A DNA stretch of 63,181 nucleotides, filler included, from Rhabdomonas costata (Eukaryota), in assembly GCA_019059605.1 (NCBI GenBank). It is 57 parts of 57 records of this genome, joined end to end, with 100 filler letters (N's around TTAATTAATTAA, not from the genome) between each part and the next. Parts side by side here need not be neighbours in the genome. Positions count along the whole stretch, not along the records: positions 36,649 to 37,658 come from JAHMHO010033749.1; positions 37,759 to 38,768 come from JAHMHO010033750.1; positions 38,869 to 39,878 come from JAHMHO010033751.1; positions 39,979 to 40,988 come from JAHMHO010033752.1; positions 41,089 to 42,098 come from JAHMHO010033753.1; positions 42,199 to 43,206 come from JAHMHO010033754.1; positions 43,307 to 44,316 come from JAHMHO010033755.1; positions 44,417 to 45,426 come from JAHMHO010033756.1; 49 more parts are not named here. One strand, given 5' to 3'. The notes beneath the pieces are model-generated. The model was not told the DNA's origin. It did not search any database and worked only from the letters and a program-made list of their open reading frames with translations. Within the stretch, counting starts at the first letter, position 1. Each line of letters starts with the position of its first letter. Positions 36,963 to 49,865 of this stretch are shown piece by piece. The position numbers and the translations under genes were made by a program.

Positions 36963-39900
36963 GTGTATTTTGACCAAAACCTGCTGAAAGGACGGAGGCT
37001 GTTGCCAGTGCTGCCGGGACGGTACAATCGTGGCATCGTGATGTGCCATTCTTTTGACTGAGCCGTTGAGCCTTCATCTGTCTGGGTGAAGAGAACTGCA
37101 GGTTTTGTGGTATTAACAACCCCACGAAGCAGCTTTTAGACAGGGGCACTCCTCCCACACGTTACCGTATGGTGGGGGATGGGTGGTTCATATTGCTCAG
37201 ATCGTATGTATGTATGTTTGGCCGATGCACGCTGTCGCCGTCGACAGATGTATAGCCAGCTGCTGTTCAGAAACTCAGCCATTGTCCACTAGTCAGCCTC
37301 GTCGTCCTCTCGCTCGTTTACTATTCGCAGACGACCCGCCCGAGACCTCCGCGGATCGCCCCGCGCTTTTCTCGTTGTTCGACCCCTGCCTTGGCCTGAA
37401 TCCCTCCGATCCCTCCTCCGCGGAGCCCACCCTGGCACTGCTGGCCGTGTTGACCCACGCCAGTGAGGGTTCTCTGCTGCCGGACTCCGATCTGAGGCTG
37501 CTGGCCGCCCGCTTTGACATTCCCATCTTGCTGGGCACGCTGGACCCTGCCGTGGGCCCACCCCCTGGCGCGGAGCTCCCCCAAAATCCCGACGAGTCAT
37601 GGGTGCTGGAATGCTCCAGCTCCGACATCAAGGGAAAGGTTGGCTGGCGCATTGTGTTNNNNNNNNNNNNNNNNNNNNNNNNNNNNNNNNNNNNNNNNNN
37701 NNTTAATTAATTAANNNNNNNNNNNNNNNNNNNNNNNNNNNNNNNNNNNNNNNNNNNNTGGAAAGCAGTGAAACGGTAAGATCGGTGATGAGATAATCTC
37801 TGTGGTGGGGTCGGGTTGCACTACACGGCGCTTGTAACCTGGTGTGAGAAAGAGATGCCCGAAAATCAGCTGTGCCTGCTTGCAGGTATCCATTTAAAGC
37901 TGATGCGCAAATACAGCTTCTTGTGCAGCAGTGTTGCGTCCAACATGTACACCGCCTTCATTGTTTCATTGGGTGTTGGGTTAAGCTTCTGCAGTATGCA
38001 GCGAAGTGCGCAAAAGAGTGCGCGCGTGAAGCAAAGTACTCCCAAGATGTTCCCGGGGGATGGCCACCAGGTGCCCTCTTCTGGGTGTTCTACACAAACC
38101 GCAATAGCAGAACAACGCATCAGGAGAGCAAGTAGAAGGAAAGAAGCACCAACGGGGCAACCCCGAAAAATGCTCCAAGCTAAACTAACTCGCGAACCGC
38201 TCTAATTATCAGCCTACTTTCAGCAAGCAACAGCGCACCAACCGCAATCCCGGTTTAAAGCCGCTATTAAGGGAGAGCTTAAAAGTCTAAAAACGGACAC
38301 CGCGTCACCACAATCGTCATCACACCATTTTTTCACATCATCTGGTTAACGGTTCCTTCCTCTTCGGCACAGCAAATAATTCATAGTTTGGAACTGGTCC
38401 CTGACACAACACCACTCAATATTTCAAAATGTATTCCACGCTCCCACCTCTAAAAAACAACAGTAAATAAAACTCGAAGATCACAGTCCACTGCCGACTC
38501 AAACGGGTTCACCAAATGCCCAGGTGGCAGTCAGGCAGCGTTCGTTTCGGGAAGTTCAAGGCATTGAAGGAGTAGCGGGCGCGGTCGCCCGCTCAACCCC
38601 AGTCTCACTTTTACACCCCTGCTTGGTAGTCACAGGACAGTCTGCATAAGCACCGGGGTTGGCAGGGATGGGCCTGTGGTTGCGAAAATGGCGGGAAAGA
38701 AAAGGAGAAAGGAAAGCTTCTTGAAGTTCGGGGAATCGTGTGCCAAGGGGAATGAAATCCATGAATCANNNNNNNNNNNNNNNNNNNNNNNNNNNNNNNN
38801 NNNNNNNNNNNNTTAATTAATTAANNNNNNNNNNNNNNNNNNNNNNNNNNNNNNNNNNNNNNNNNNNNCGCACAGGCAGGCGTGACAAACGAGATGGCTG
38901 TGTGGTGTGTTCCCGTGTTCAAATGTTAGAGTAGCATGTGCTGGTAAGGCTATCTGTGTAAAAATGCGGTTAGTGTATGCGCGTAGGAATAATGTTATCT
39001 GCAAATGTAGATGCGCTGGATGCGAGAATCTGCGTTAGTCTTCGGTAACATCAAGCTGTGTGCCAAAGTAGCATGTCACAACGGCAATATCACGCATGTC
39101 TATGAACAAGTGGCTTCTCTTGCGCGTACTTAACTTGCCAACACTAGCATGCGTGATGTGTTGTGGAATTTCCTTCTGGAATTTGACTGCGGTGGATGTA
39201 GCGAGCGATCTCAGGTCAACTAAAGAGTGGTAAGTTGACATGGTCAGCATACCGGTGGAACGTCAGTAAAAGGCGTACATTCCAGGTTGGAGCCGCGGTA
39301 TTATACGTTGGGCTACCTTATTCAAGAATAAGCAGAGAACTCTACACGCCGTCGCCGTCGTCAAAAAAGTAGATATCGTCGGTAACTGTCAAAGTCACCC
39401 AGGTGTTACACATTCAGAGACGGAGGTGAAACGTTGCGGCAAAACTCACCCAGCGAAAAAGATGTCGTTCCCCCAGAGCCTATAATAGCAGGTGATGGTT
39501 CTGAAAGCCCAGAGTGATAAATTCTTGTTGTATAACATTCCGCACGGTGCGGAAACAAATCGAAAGTGCATCCACAGGCTTGGTTTCTGCACTGCATGTG
39601 GAAGATTGTTTGATCCAAGCAAGCAAGATCAGCGAGCCATAGATAGGGCTCAGGAGACTAAGTGGAGTCTGGTACCTTACTTTTCTGCTTTAAATCAATC
39701 ATGTGGTCCGTTCTACTCAAAGGGGGTAACACTCCGGGAACTGACGCTGGAAAGATGTGCGCAAATTCTCGGTTAAGTCTCTGAATTTCTAGATGTGTTG
39801 GTAACACCGCACAATGTGGACCACAAATTATGTTGTCCACATATTTGATCAACTTTTCTACACCATTTGGAGGTGAATNNNNNNNNNNNNNNNNNNNNNN

Positions 39901-40676
39901 NNNNNNNNNNNNNNNNNNNNNNTTAATTAATTAANNNNNNNNNNNNNNNNNNNNNNNNNNNNNNNNNNNNNNNNNNNNGGTGGTGACCCTTGAGACCACT
40001 TTGCCAGGGGAGCAGAACTAGGTGGAAGTAGTTTCATTACGGGTGTATTCGTTCCGAAGGTTCCGGTGCCCCTAAGGGTGAATCTCAAAACGTAGCCGAG
40101 AATTTGAAACGAGAAGGAATCTGAAAAAAAAAAAAAGAAATTAGATGGTTCGGATGGGCGGGTTACTGGACCCGCTAGAGCGTCACTCTAAGACTGAAAA
40201 CTTCCGTTAGAAACCGTCGCTATCGCCGCGCAACCAGTCTGTCGCCCAATCCCAAAAGTTTGGGTCGATTTGGCAGGTGTTGACGCACAACAACATGGCG
40301 CTGTTGTGGTGCCTAACATCTCTTCAGGCATCGAGAAGAAGAGGTTCAGTCCACATTGCGTACAAACTGCCACCTGGAGTTTTGCCAAAAAGTCAGAAGC
40401 CTATTTGTTGAGCAAAACGCCCGGGCTGGGAAAAAAAAATGTAAATGGCGAGACAAAAATGCGACTCAAAAAAGTGCAAAATAAAATTGCATAAAGAAAT
40501 TGAAATTGCAAACAAGTGCATTTCAAGCCAAAATGTTTGGAGGGTCGGAATGCAAAAAAAAAAAATGCAAATTTTGCTGGATGCAATTTTTCCGTGCCCT
40601 GGCAAAACGCCCGAAACGCTGCTATGGAACCGCCACTCAAGAAGGGACACGAAGGATGAAGGGGACCCGGACAAAC

Positions 40677-40790
40677 CACAACTGACTCCGACTTGGCGGG
40701 GATGAAGCCGAGCAGGAAAACGTTCTTGCAGCCGCAGTTGTAGCACTCCAGCACCGTTTCTCCCAGAGGGCTTTTCGGATGGAGGCATAC
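40677..40790 (-). CDS. UPF1: Exon of UPF1 (nonsense-mediated decay helicase) CH-rich domain
   Basis: 38 codons [38 protein letters not shown] between CAG and GT; near-invariant UPF1 signature. Confidence 0.95.
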
Positions 40791-41639
40791 CTGCAAAACA
40801 AACACGAGGTTGCACCGACCTCAAAGTTCAATGCGGGGGTGCTGTTCAATACAATGTTAACAGTTAAAAGTTCCAATGCCTCCGATCTGCGAAGTTACAG
40901 TTGCAAAGTTACAGTGCCAACACACTCCATACCTTCCTTCATTTCAACTGGACTACAATTAAGATAACTCCTTCCATTCCCACCCCACNNNNNNNNNNNN
41001 NNNNNNNNNNNNNNNNNNNNNNNNNNNNNNNNTTAATTAATTAANNNNNNNNNNNNNNNNNNNNNNNNNNNNNNNNNNNNNNNNNNNNGGTGGTGGTGAT
41101 GGTGTGTGTGTGCGTGTGTGTGAATTCTGTGCATTTGAGCTAACCCCAATCGGGAAAGAGGAACACGACATGGAAAAGTGACCTTGCCTTCCGGACACAT
41201 GACAAGGAGAAGAACTTCACGCGAAGGATCCTCCGAGGAGACTACCTGTGGGTGGATGATAACAGAGATTTCACCATAAAGTCCAAAAGGTAGCTTTTAG
41301 GCAACAACTCCCACTTGTAAAGTGAAGCGGACAACATGCATGTCGAGGGTAGCAAACAAAACAGTAAGCAAGAGTATTGCGATGCCCTCAAATCTCTTGT
41401 GTTGTACTTTGTATCCGTCCACCGCCTGACACATGTTGGGGATATTGGGGGCGTCACACTTCTGAGCACCAAATTCTAAGGATCGAGACTGCAAGCACAA
41501 CAAGGGAGCAGATAAGAAAGATAAGAAAGGGGGCCGGAATCGGGATGTCTCAAGAGACTGCGGTCGAATATCGAATATAAAAACGCAATGCAACGTGGCA
41601 CAACAACCCCAACCGAATACTAACACCGCTATAACAGCC

Positions 41640-41858
41640 CTAAGGAGTCAGCACCACCTGAACACCCTTTGGGTCCTCTTGTGACTGCTCCGAGGGCGGG
41701 TCCGTGGGCATTCCCGCAATGAGCTCACCACTCTGCGTGCAGATCGGGCAGTCCGTCCCAGTCTTGGCATGGGGTTGAAAGGCCCGCCAACACACCTTAC
41801 AGAGGGTGTGGGCACAGGGCAAGGGATGCGCGAACCCAGTCGACGGGGTAAAATCCAC
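41640..41858 (-). CDS. Partial RING-finger motif
   Basis: LPCAHTLCKVC...DCPIC is the C-terminal part of a C3HC4 RING; first CxxC pair not seen; exon limits uncertain. Confidence 0.5.
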   Translation of the reverse strand: MDFTPSTGFAHPLPCAHTLCKVCWRAFQPHAKTGTDCPICTQSGELIAGMPTDPPSEQSQEDPKGVQVVLTP

Positions 41859-42599
41859 CCCGCAGAAGGAACAGCTCAGACAGAGTTCAAGCCCACTTCG
41901 AACGGCCGCCTAAAGGAGCCAGCAGATGAAGCAGAACTGACCCGCATCAGTTCAACGATATGGAGAAAAAGCGAAGCATGCTTTCCCCTTAACAACGGCG
42001 TCACTGCGGAACGAATGAGTCAGAAGAAAGTGAAAACTATTCGCAGACCCACGTGCTGAGACCTTACAATAATTGGATTCTTGACAGCAACCACAAAANN
42101 NNNNNNNNNNNNNNNNNNNNNNNNNNNNNNNNNNNNNNNNNNTTAATTAATTAANNNNNNNNNNNNNNNNNNNNNNNNNNNNNNNNNNNNNNNNNNNNGG
42201 GGTTTTGGCTTCTGCGATCCCTCCCTCGCTTGTTGGGGCAGAACGTGGGACCGAGAACGCGATTAAAAAAAAAGACAGGAAACAACAAATTTTCATAGGC
42301 ACGAGACAAAGTCAATACACACCAGGAAAATCAGCTGATACGTGTATGATGGTCTTCCATTCGAAGTCTTATTAGCCTACAGAAATGCCGCTGCGGGGAT
42401 GGCATGTGTAATGAACCCGGAAGGTTTCATTACACATGCCATCTGAACAATCCGTTAGATCTGGAGCATTGCTAAGTGATTACTGCGCCGAAGGCTTATT
42501 AGAGCCAAGCAGAGCAAAAAAGAAATCAAAGAGGGTAACCGCAGCAAACACGACGGAAAGGCAATTAAGAGAGTGAGTGAGAGAACCACACAAGCACAC

Positions 42600-42809
42600 C
42601 CATGACGGCAACGATCTTGCCTTCCAGGGGCTGCATGCACTTCTTGCACTTCCCCTCCGTGATGGCGAGGGTCTTCGGCCGTGGGACCGGGGGCAGCTGC
42701 CGGGAGCACCGCGTGCATACGGGCCTCCCGTCATAGTCCATAAAGATGCTTTCCGAGGCCTCCCCGCACTTGAAGCACACCAGGCAGCGGGGGTGGTTGG
42801 GCTTCTCTC
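42600..42809 (-). CDS. Exon of a multi-LIM-domain protein
   Basis: HPRCLVCFKC...YDGRPVCTRC followed by CKKCMQPLEGKIVAVMG (start of next LIM), flanked by CAG and GT. Confidence 0.85.
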
Positions 42810-45800
42810 CTGCACATCACCACCACAGGTACATAATTAGGACATAAACAGCAACATCTACCAAATCTTAACCGGCCGAAAACATTGAAAACCCCTGAAC
42901 AAAGTTCTGAACAAAAGGCTGTCATTACGCTTTTGCGCGATTCGTAGCCAGAAACTTTCTTATTGTTCAGGGCAAAAGTCAATACTTATCATTCACTCAT
43001 GTCGCTAATTGAACCGCTAAACATTGCATGAACTGAAAAATTCGCACGCACCGACAATGACGCGGGTGATGGGATCCACGTTTTGCCCGCATCGCCCACA
43101 TCGAAGAAGCGAGGTCTCCGGGACAAACACGGGGCCATGCTAAACGAATCAAAAAAAAATGAGCATTGATTGTTCAAGAAGAAGATACACAAAGTCACAC
43201 AACAAANNNNNNNNNNNNNNNNNNNNNNNNNNNNNNNNNNNNNNNNNNNNTTAATTAATTAANNNNNNNNNNNNNNNNNNNNNNNNNNNNNNNNNNNNNN
43301 NNNNNNTTTTGTGTGGTTTCTCCGCCGAAAGCACGCGGGGGGGGGGGGGCCTGCACCCCAATCCCTTTCTCTTCCGGTGCAGTCCAGTGTATTTGCCACG
43401 AAGAAAAAGGAAGGCAAATTTGCGTGCAGTACAGCACAGCTCAATAACATGTGGTGTCTGGTTTCCCTCTTTCTTTTTGCGCCTTTCCTTTTTTGCACAG
43501 GTGGCTACTTCGCCACAGGACAGCGCAGGTATTTTCAACAACTCGCCGTTTGTTGTGAACCCTGAACCCTCCGATACGAAGCCTGCACACGCACACAGGC
43601 ACACGTGGTTCCCATAATGCAGACTTAATCTCTTCTCACCAGAATGGATAATGCACCTTTCAGAATGCAAACCACAAGGATAAATTGAATCAGCACCCTC
43701 CCCACCAGTGTCCTCTTGTGGGTGGGCACAGCTGAAGGAGAAGGAAAACAGGGGACCCGGGTGGCATTCCCCTCACGTGGTCGTTGTCGCTTCCTTCGCT
43801 TCCTGGTTTTTGCGGGGGGGGGATGCTTACGTTGCTTTTGGCCACAGGGTTGGGCTGTGAGGGTTCCCACGCCCCCACATCACCGTATCTGCTTGCCGCT
43901 GCCATGTTGCCGTCCCTGAAACAAAAGTATTAACGTGATTTTTGCGCGTTTGGTGCTTTCATCTCGTTTTGATTTTATGTCATTCGTGCTTTGTTTGTTG
44001 GTATGGCGGGGTACCGTGCTGTGTGGGGTGTTATGTCGACCACGACGGGGTCTCGCATTTCCCGCCCAATTCTTTGTTGGCTGTATTTTTTTCGCCCCCA
44101 ACCGGTTTTCTTGCTCCTCCGCGTGGCAGCTGTTGCAGCTATTGCATTGTCAAGCTCGCCGCTTCCGGTGCCTTGAACTCATACATTCCTCCCTCCGAAA
44201 ACGGTCCGCATCCTGCCTGCAAATGCTCTTGCAGCCTCAGCTCTCACAGCCCCCCCCCCCCCCGCGTGCTTTCGGCGGAGAAACAACATGAAACCAATCA
44301 CAGAGGAATAAAAAAANNNNNNNNNNNNNNNNNNNNNNNNNNNNNNNNNNNNNNNNNNNNTTAATTAATTAANNNNNNNNNNNNNNNNNNNNNNNNNNNN
44401 NNNNNNNNNNNNNNNNCTACGACATTGGTGTCAAGAGGAAGTGCTTCCGGTGCCTTTGCGGAGCCCAGAAGGAAGACGCATCCTTTGAAGGCTCAACCGG
44501 GCACCTAGACCTTTATTTTTTGCATTGCTGCGTTCTCTCACTCCTTCACACTCACACACTCACTCTCACTCTCACTCACTCACTCACTCTCTCTCTCTCT
44601 TTTTGGTTCTAGAGAGGAGTGGGTTTTTGCCGGCTAGTCCTGAGAAGAAGGGGAACGATTTGTTTAAGCTAGGGTGGGCACTCGCACCTCTCGCTCTCCG
44701 CACTGCACACCGTTGAGTTAAAGGCGTGAGCTGCATATTGATAGTTGATGTTGTCAGATTTCAGGTTTCTTATTGAACCCCCTGCCCCGCCCCCTCCGGC
44801 CGCCAGCTCCGATTGGTAGTCACTGTGGGCACGGGATTTTCCAATATCCGTGACACAGACAAACACAGATGCGTCGTGGGGGCTCTGTTTTATCTTTTTT
44901 TTAGGACGGATGTGAGACCGCGGCCAATGGGTTTCCGTTTGTGTCATGCCCCCTTCATCATCTGTTCGTGTACGAAGTGGTTTACCAAGCACGCAGGCGA
45001 GAGATGAAAGAAAAAGAAAATCCAATAGCCGCTTACACTGAAGGGCGGGATTTACAACCACCGAAGCGATCCGGTGAAATCAAAAAGGAACAAGAGAAGG
45101 TATCCTTAGTTTTTCGTGGAGTGCGATGAGCGAAATACGGGTATCTCCGTGATGCAAGAGGTGACCAGAAATACGCAGAGTGCTGTACACAATGGTCCGT
45201 TTTTTTATTTTCCTATCCACACTCCGAAGCATGCGAGCTACTTCATGGTGTCAACAGGAAGTGCTTCCGGTGCCTATTGCAGGAGCTCAGAAGGAACAAT
45301 CATCCTTTGATGGCTCAACGGGGCACCTAGACTTTTTGTTTTTTTTCCATTCCCGAAATGGAAGGGAAGCTGCGTAACCTCGCTGCATTCTTTGTTCGAG
45401 TAGCATTCCTAGTAAGTGTAGCGAACNNNNNNNNNNNNNNNNNNNNNNNNNNNNNNNNNNNNNNNNNNNNTTAATTAATTAANNNNNNNNNNNNNNNNNN
45501 NNNNNNNNNNNNNNNNNNNNNNNNNNGTTTGTTTCCTGAGTATAGACTTCCTTCCTGACACTTGTGGCACCCAAAATGCAAAGAACGAAATCTATACTCA
45601 GGAAACAGAGCACGACCATTCCGCCGGGATGCAAAAGCTGGCAACACTGAAAGAGTTCCTGACTGCCTTGTTCCCATGGCTTCCCCTTTTCGGATGGAAG
45701 GTCTTTATACGGTGAATAAGTTTTGCCTGCACAGTCCAATTGTTTAACTTTTCCAGGCAGGCTGCTGTGCAGCCGTGTAACTGTATAGTTCCCGAGGTCT

Positions 45801-46170
45801 GCGGAGGCAGAGGGCTCCTGGCTAGGACAGAGACAAGGCGCCATGATCCTCGACGAGTCGGGAGCACCCCGGGAGCGGGAAAAGCTCTCAACCGCAACCC
45901 TTGATATGATGTCACATCATGACAGCATATGGGTGAAGAATCAGACTAGGGAGCTTCACAGACCAGGGTTACTACTACCCGCCCGACAACAAACAAACGC
46001 AGTGAATTCGGACGTTTTTTGTCACCCAGTAGCAAACGGAACCACCAACGTGTGGTGCAAGGTTCAGCTGCAGGTGCACGTGCACTTTTCAAAGACCCTC
46101 GAAAGAAAAGCAGTGCTTTCTTTTTTTCTTTCTCCTTTTCATCGTCACGGTGGTCACTTGCGCACCACAC

Positions 46171-46309
46171 CAGCCCAGTAGGACGCCACCATGATCACCC
46201 TAGACGGCATTCCACGCTGAAGGGCTTCCACAAGACCCCGAGTCATCCAGAGGTACCCCAGAACGTTGGTCGCCCACTGAACTTCAATGCCCTCAGCCGT
46301 CAACGTCTT
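46171..46309 (-). CDS. Exon of a short-chain dehydrogenase/reductase, retinol-dehydrogenase-like
   Basis: TAEGIEVQWATNVLGYLWMTRGLVEAL...SRVIMVAS fits the T.DG.E..F..N.LG.F.L...L...R.V.VSS pattern. Confidence 0.82.
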
Positions 46310-46636
46310 CTGTAAAACAAAGCCCACGAACTGAATTCCACTGGCCAATCTACAACCAGGTGAGGCAGGAGACAGCCCTCAGGACCTGCTCCAAGCAATG
46401 GAAAGGAGAGAGGAGAGGATCCCTTGCCACTTGATTTGAGTTTCAAAACCTCCTCACATTAGCAATACCTTGCTGAAATCGCCAAAGCTTGACCGAAAAC
46501 ACCCAACACAACCCACAACCCCCAAACACACCAACCNNNNNNNNNNNNNNNNNNNNNNNNNNNNNNNNNNNNNNNNNNNNTTAATTAATTAANNNNNNNN
46601 NNNNNNNNNNNNNNNNNNNNNNNNNNNNNNNNNNNN

Positions 46637-46786
46637 CCACGCCGACCGATGCTAGCACGCCCTCCTGCCCCTCGGGAACCACGGTGGGGAGCTCCTGCAC
46701 GTACAGCTGCATCACGGGGTACTCGGGGAGCGGCACGCTGATCTGTGGGTCTGAGGGGACGTGGGCCCAGACGGGCAACTGCGTGG
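46637..46786 (+). CDS. Exon encoding a Sushi/CCP-like domain, partial
   Basis: GSSCTYSCITGYSGSGTLICGSEGTWAQTGNC shows the C..GY....C...G.W.....C pattern; phase-1 GT donor. Confidence 0.72.
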
Positions 46787-49332
46787 GTGTGTTTTGCTTC
46801 TGGTCTGTTTGTTTCTTGCGGCTCATCTTTTGGTGTGCGTGTTTCTGTTGTTGTGCGCACCGGCTTCCTTCTGCTTTTTGACTTTCAGGTTGTGAGTGGT
46901 GGTGTGCTGGTTGGATTCTGCCTTTTAGTTCGCCTAATCCCTGCTTTGACAGTGGTTTGCCTGGGTTTGCCGCGTCGTCATCCCACTCTTCCTCCTCCTG
47001 CTCATCGTTCTCTGAATCACCTTAACATCCGGAAAAGTCTCTGCCGTTGGAACAACCGAGATCGTCAAAAAAGCGTAAAGGGAGCCATTGCGAATTTTTC
47101 CGGTTCCTCGATCACACACGCCTACAAAGCCATCCCTTTGGTGGAGGTTTTAAATTCAATAATCCAACCACGCTCCCTGAAATCCGTATTTTATTTCGAA
47201 TTTCCCGTTGCAACAAACCATCAATAAAATATTTCGAGTTTACTTGAGAAAATTTTGTCGTTCGGCCCACCCGGGAGAAGACCAGAAGTCCAGCACACAA
47301 ACTTTTCTGGTACTTTCACAACCCTTTGGGATTGTGTACAGCATTGTTGCCGTGGCAGTTCGAAACTGCAGGGACATTCTGTGCTGTTGTAATTGTATGC
47401 AAATGACACGGCAGGTTCGGGTAGGGAGGACAGAGAGAGAGGGATTGCGATAGAGAGAGAGGGATAGATGGGCCTGAATTTGAGAAAGGAATAGAGAAAA
47501 TTCGAGCCGTTGAGAAGACACAGTGATGCAGGAGAAACTGCAGTTTTAGGTTTTCGCCAGGGTGCCATCCCTCGCGCTGTCGGCGTTCAGGAAGTTGACA
47601 GGTGGGGAATTATTTGTGGAGGGATTTTGTATTTCCGCCCTCCCCCNNNNNNNNNNNNNNNNNNNNNNNNNNNNNNNNNNNNNNNNNNNNTTAATTAATT
47701 AANNNNNNNNNNNNNNNNNNNNNNNNNNNNNNNNNNNNNNNNNNNNGGTTGGGTTGATCTCGCACCGCGCGATGGCTCGAAAAGGTTTTCTTCCCTCTCC
47801 TTCCCGCCTCCTCCTTCCTGTTTCCTCATCGATACTATTTGCTCAGTCGCTTTGGTGCGAGATCAACCCAACTAGAGCACCTTCATCATTGTCCTTGAGC
47901 CTTTGAACGCACCGTTTGCGTTTTGAGCGCGTGTTCGCTTTTGACTGGATTCGTCCGTACTCCCCCCCCCTCCTCCCTCGTATCTGCTCTCGTACCCCTT
48001 TCATTACAATCCGCTCATTTATAGGTGCATTATGGGGACCCTCTCCCTGTTTGCGGTGCATTTTATGAACCCCAGGTACTGGTGTATTGAGTGTGGGTTC
48101 CGCACCCCCACAGACATGCATATAGGGGCACGTGTGTGTGTGTGCACCTAACCCCCTGTCAGATCTAATAGATATCCTATCCTAATAGTTGGGCGAGACG
48201 TGCATCTCTGGGGTCCGTAAAACCGTAAAATGCATTTTAAACGGGGGGGGGTCTCCATTCTTCAAAAATTCAAGGGAGGCCCATGATTCCCGAACACCTA
48301 ATAGACATTCAATACTCAAAGCCTCTATTTTCAATGCGTATTTTTCCTTATTCGTGCCCACAACTTGAGCTTGAACGACAGGCATCCGTCTTCGCCCAGC
48401 ACGCTCGCGCCTTCTCTTCTCTCCTATTTATTGTGCGATGCCGTGACTGAAGAACCAGGAACACCGCGGGTGAAGTCCGGACTCACAAAATGAGGCACAT
48501 GCACTGGGACCCGTCGTGAGAAAGAAAGGGTCATGCGCCGTAGGACTCCGATGGGATGCTGCGTTTGGTGGTGCTTGCTGAGTAATTAACTTATTATGCA
48601 CAGTCCTGTATGTAAACCACCCACTTACTCACCCACGTACTCACCCATCCGCCCACTTACTCACCTGCCCTGCCTGCCTTACTAACGATGACCTGCTGGA
48701 AAGGGCATAATGCGCAAAATGGCCGTGTGACGTGCGCCTGGGACTACCCCCCCCCNNNNNNNNNNNNNNNNNNNNNNNNNNNNNNNNNNNNNNNNNNNNT
48801 TAATTAATTAANNNNNNNNNNNNNNNNNNNNNNNNNNNNNNNNNNNNNNNNNNNNGTTGTTGTGTGGGAGGGAGGGCGTTTAATGTTTAATGCCGTTAAA
48901 CGGTCGAAAATTTTAAAACTAAGAAATCTAGGGGCAGTAAAACGGTACACCTGACCCCCGGAAAAATAACATCACCTAGAAGATGCGGGACACTTTACCT
49001 AACACCCGACTCCGAAAAAAACTACTCCGAAAGACGAAAAATTCAAGATCGGTGTTAAACGTTTGCTGGCTTCTGTCCCTAAAATAATGCTGTCCCAATC
49101 GATGCACTAAGTCCCAAAACGTTTAGAGCGTTAAAAGTGTAACGCCCCCAAATGCAATTGTCCCATACCCGATACCTAAAACCGCAGGAGAGGAGATGCC
49201 AAAGAAATACCGCGACCTGAGCATCAGTTTAATGTCGCGCACAAAGCTCATTGTCCATGGGATTATAGAAAGGAGCAACTCAGCCGAAGTGGAGCGCTCT
49301 AGGGGGCGGTTGAGAAGAGAAGGGGGGGGAAC

Positions 49333-49865
49333 CAGAAGCACATGATGGTGTCCCCGATGAACTTGTCGATCGTTCCTCCGGCTGCACACATCCACGTTCC
49401 CCACCCCACACCCGTGTCCGAACGGCAATGAGCAAACAGACACTTGCGGTAACAACAGCTCCAGCTTCCCCTTCCAAACCGCTATATACCGCATACACAC
49501 TGCAGAAACAAACGTCAATGCACAAAAGCGGTCAAATTGGTATCCACCTAAGAACGTAACAAAACTAGCGAAATCGGCGGCAGACCGATGGAAAACAAAC
49601 CTACCAGCGCTTTTGTTTTGGTAATGGTGCATAATTGCTGAGGGTAACTGCGTCTGAAGGCCCCAAGCGAGCACTTGCATCTCTAAAAACGCATACTGGA
49701 TAAAAGAATCGTTGACATCTCCTGCATGTACTCCGAGACCAGCTCCATGAACTTCACGTAGCTCAGCGTCTCCGCAATGGCAGTGAAATCCACAATGTCG
49801 CTGAAGTGGATTGACACCTCGGCCGGCTTCATCCCCAACCCGTGCAGCCTGCTGCTCCGCAGAAG
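49333..49865 (-). CDS. Class III adenylate/guanylate cyclase catalytic domain, exons 49865-49697 and 49381-49333
   Basis: EVSIHFSDIVDFTAIAE...EYMQEMSTILLS spliced (phase 1) to TGGTIDKFIGDTIMCFW; both metal-binding Asp and the ATP-specifying Lys present; first exon absent from the ORF track. Confidence 0.9.

Noticed and set aside
49445-49461. Possible micro-exon (AVVTA) in the cyclase intron
   Set aside because: The upstream exon already reads EMSTILLS to a GTATGC donor in the correct phase, so no extra exon is needed
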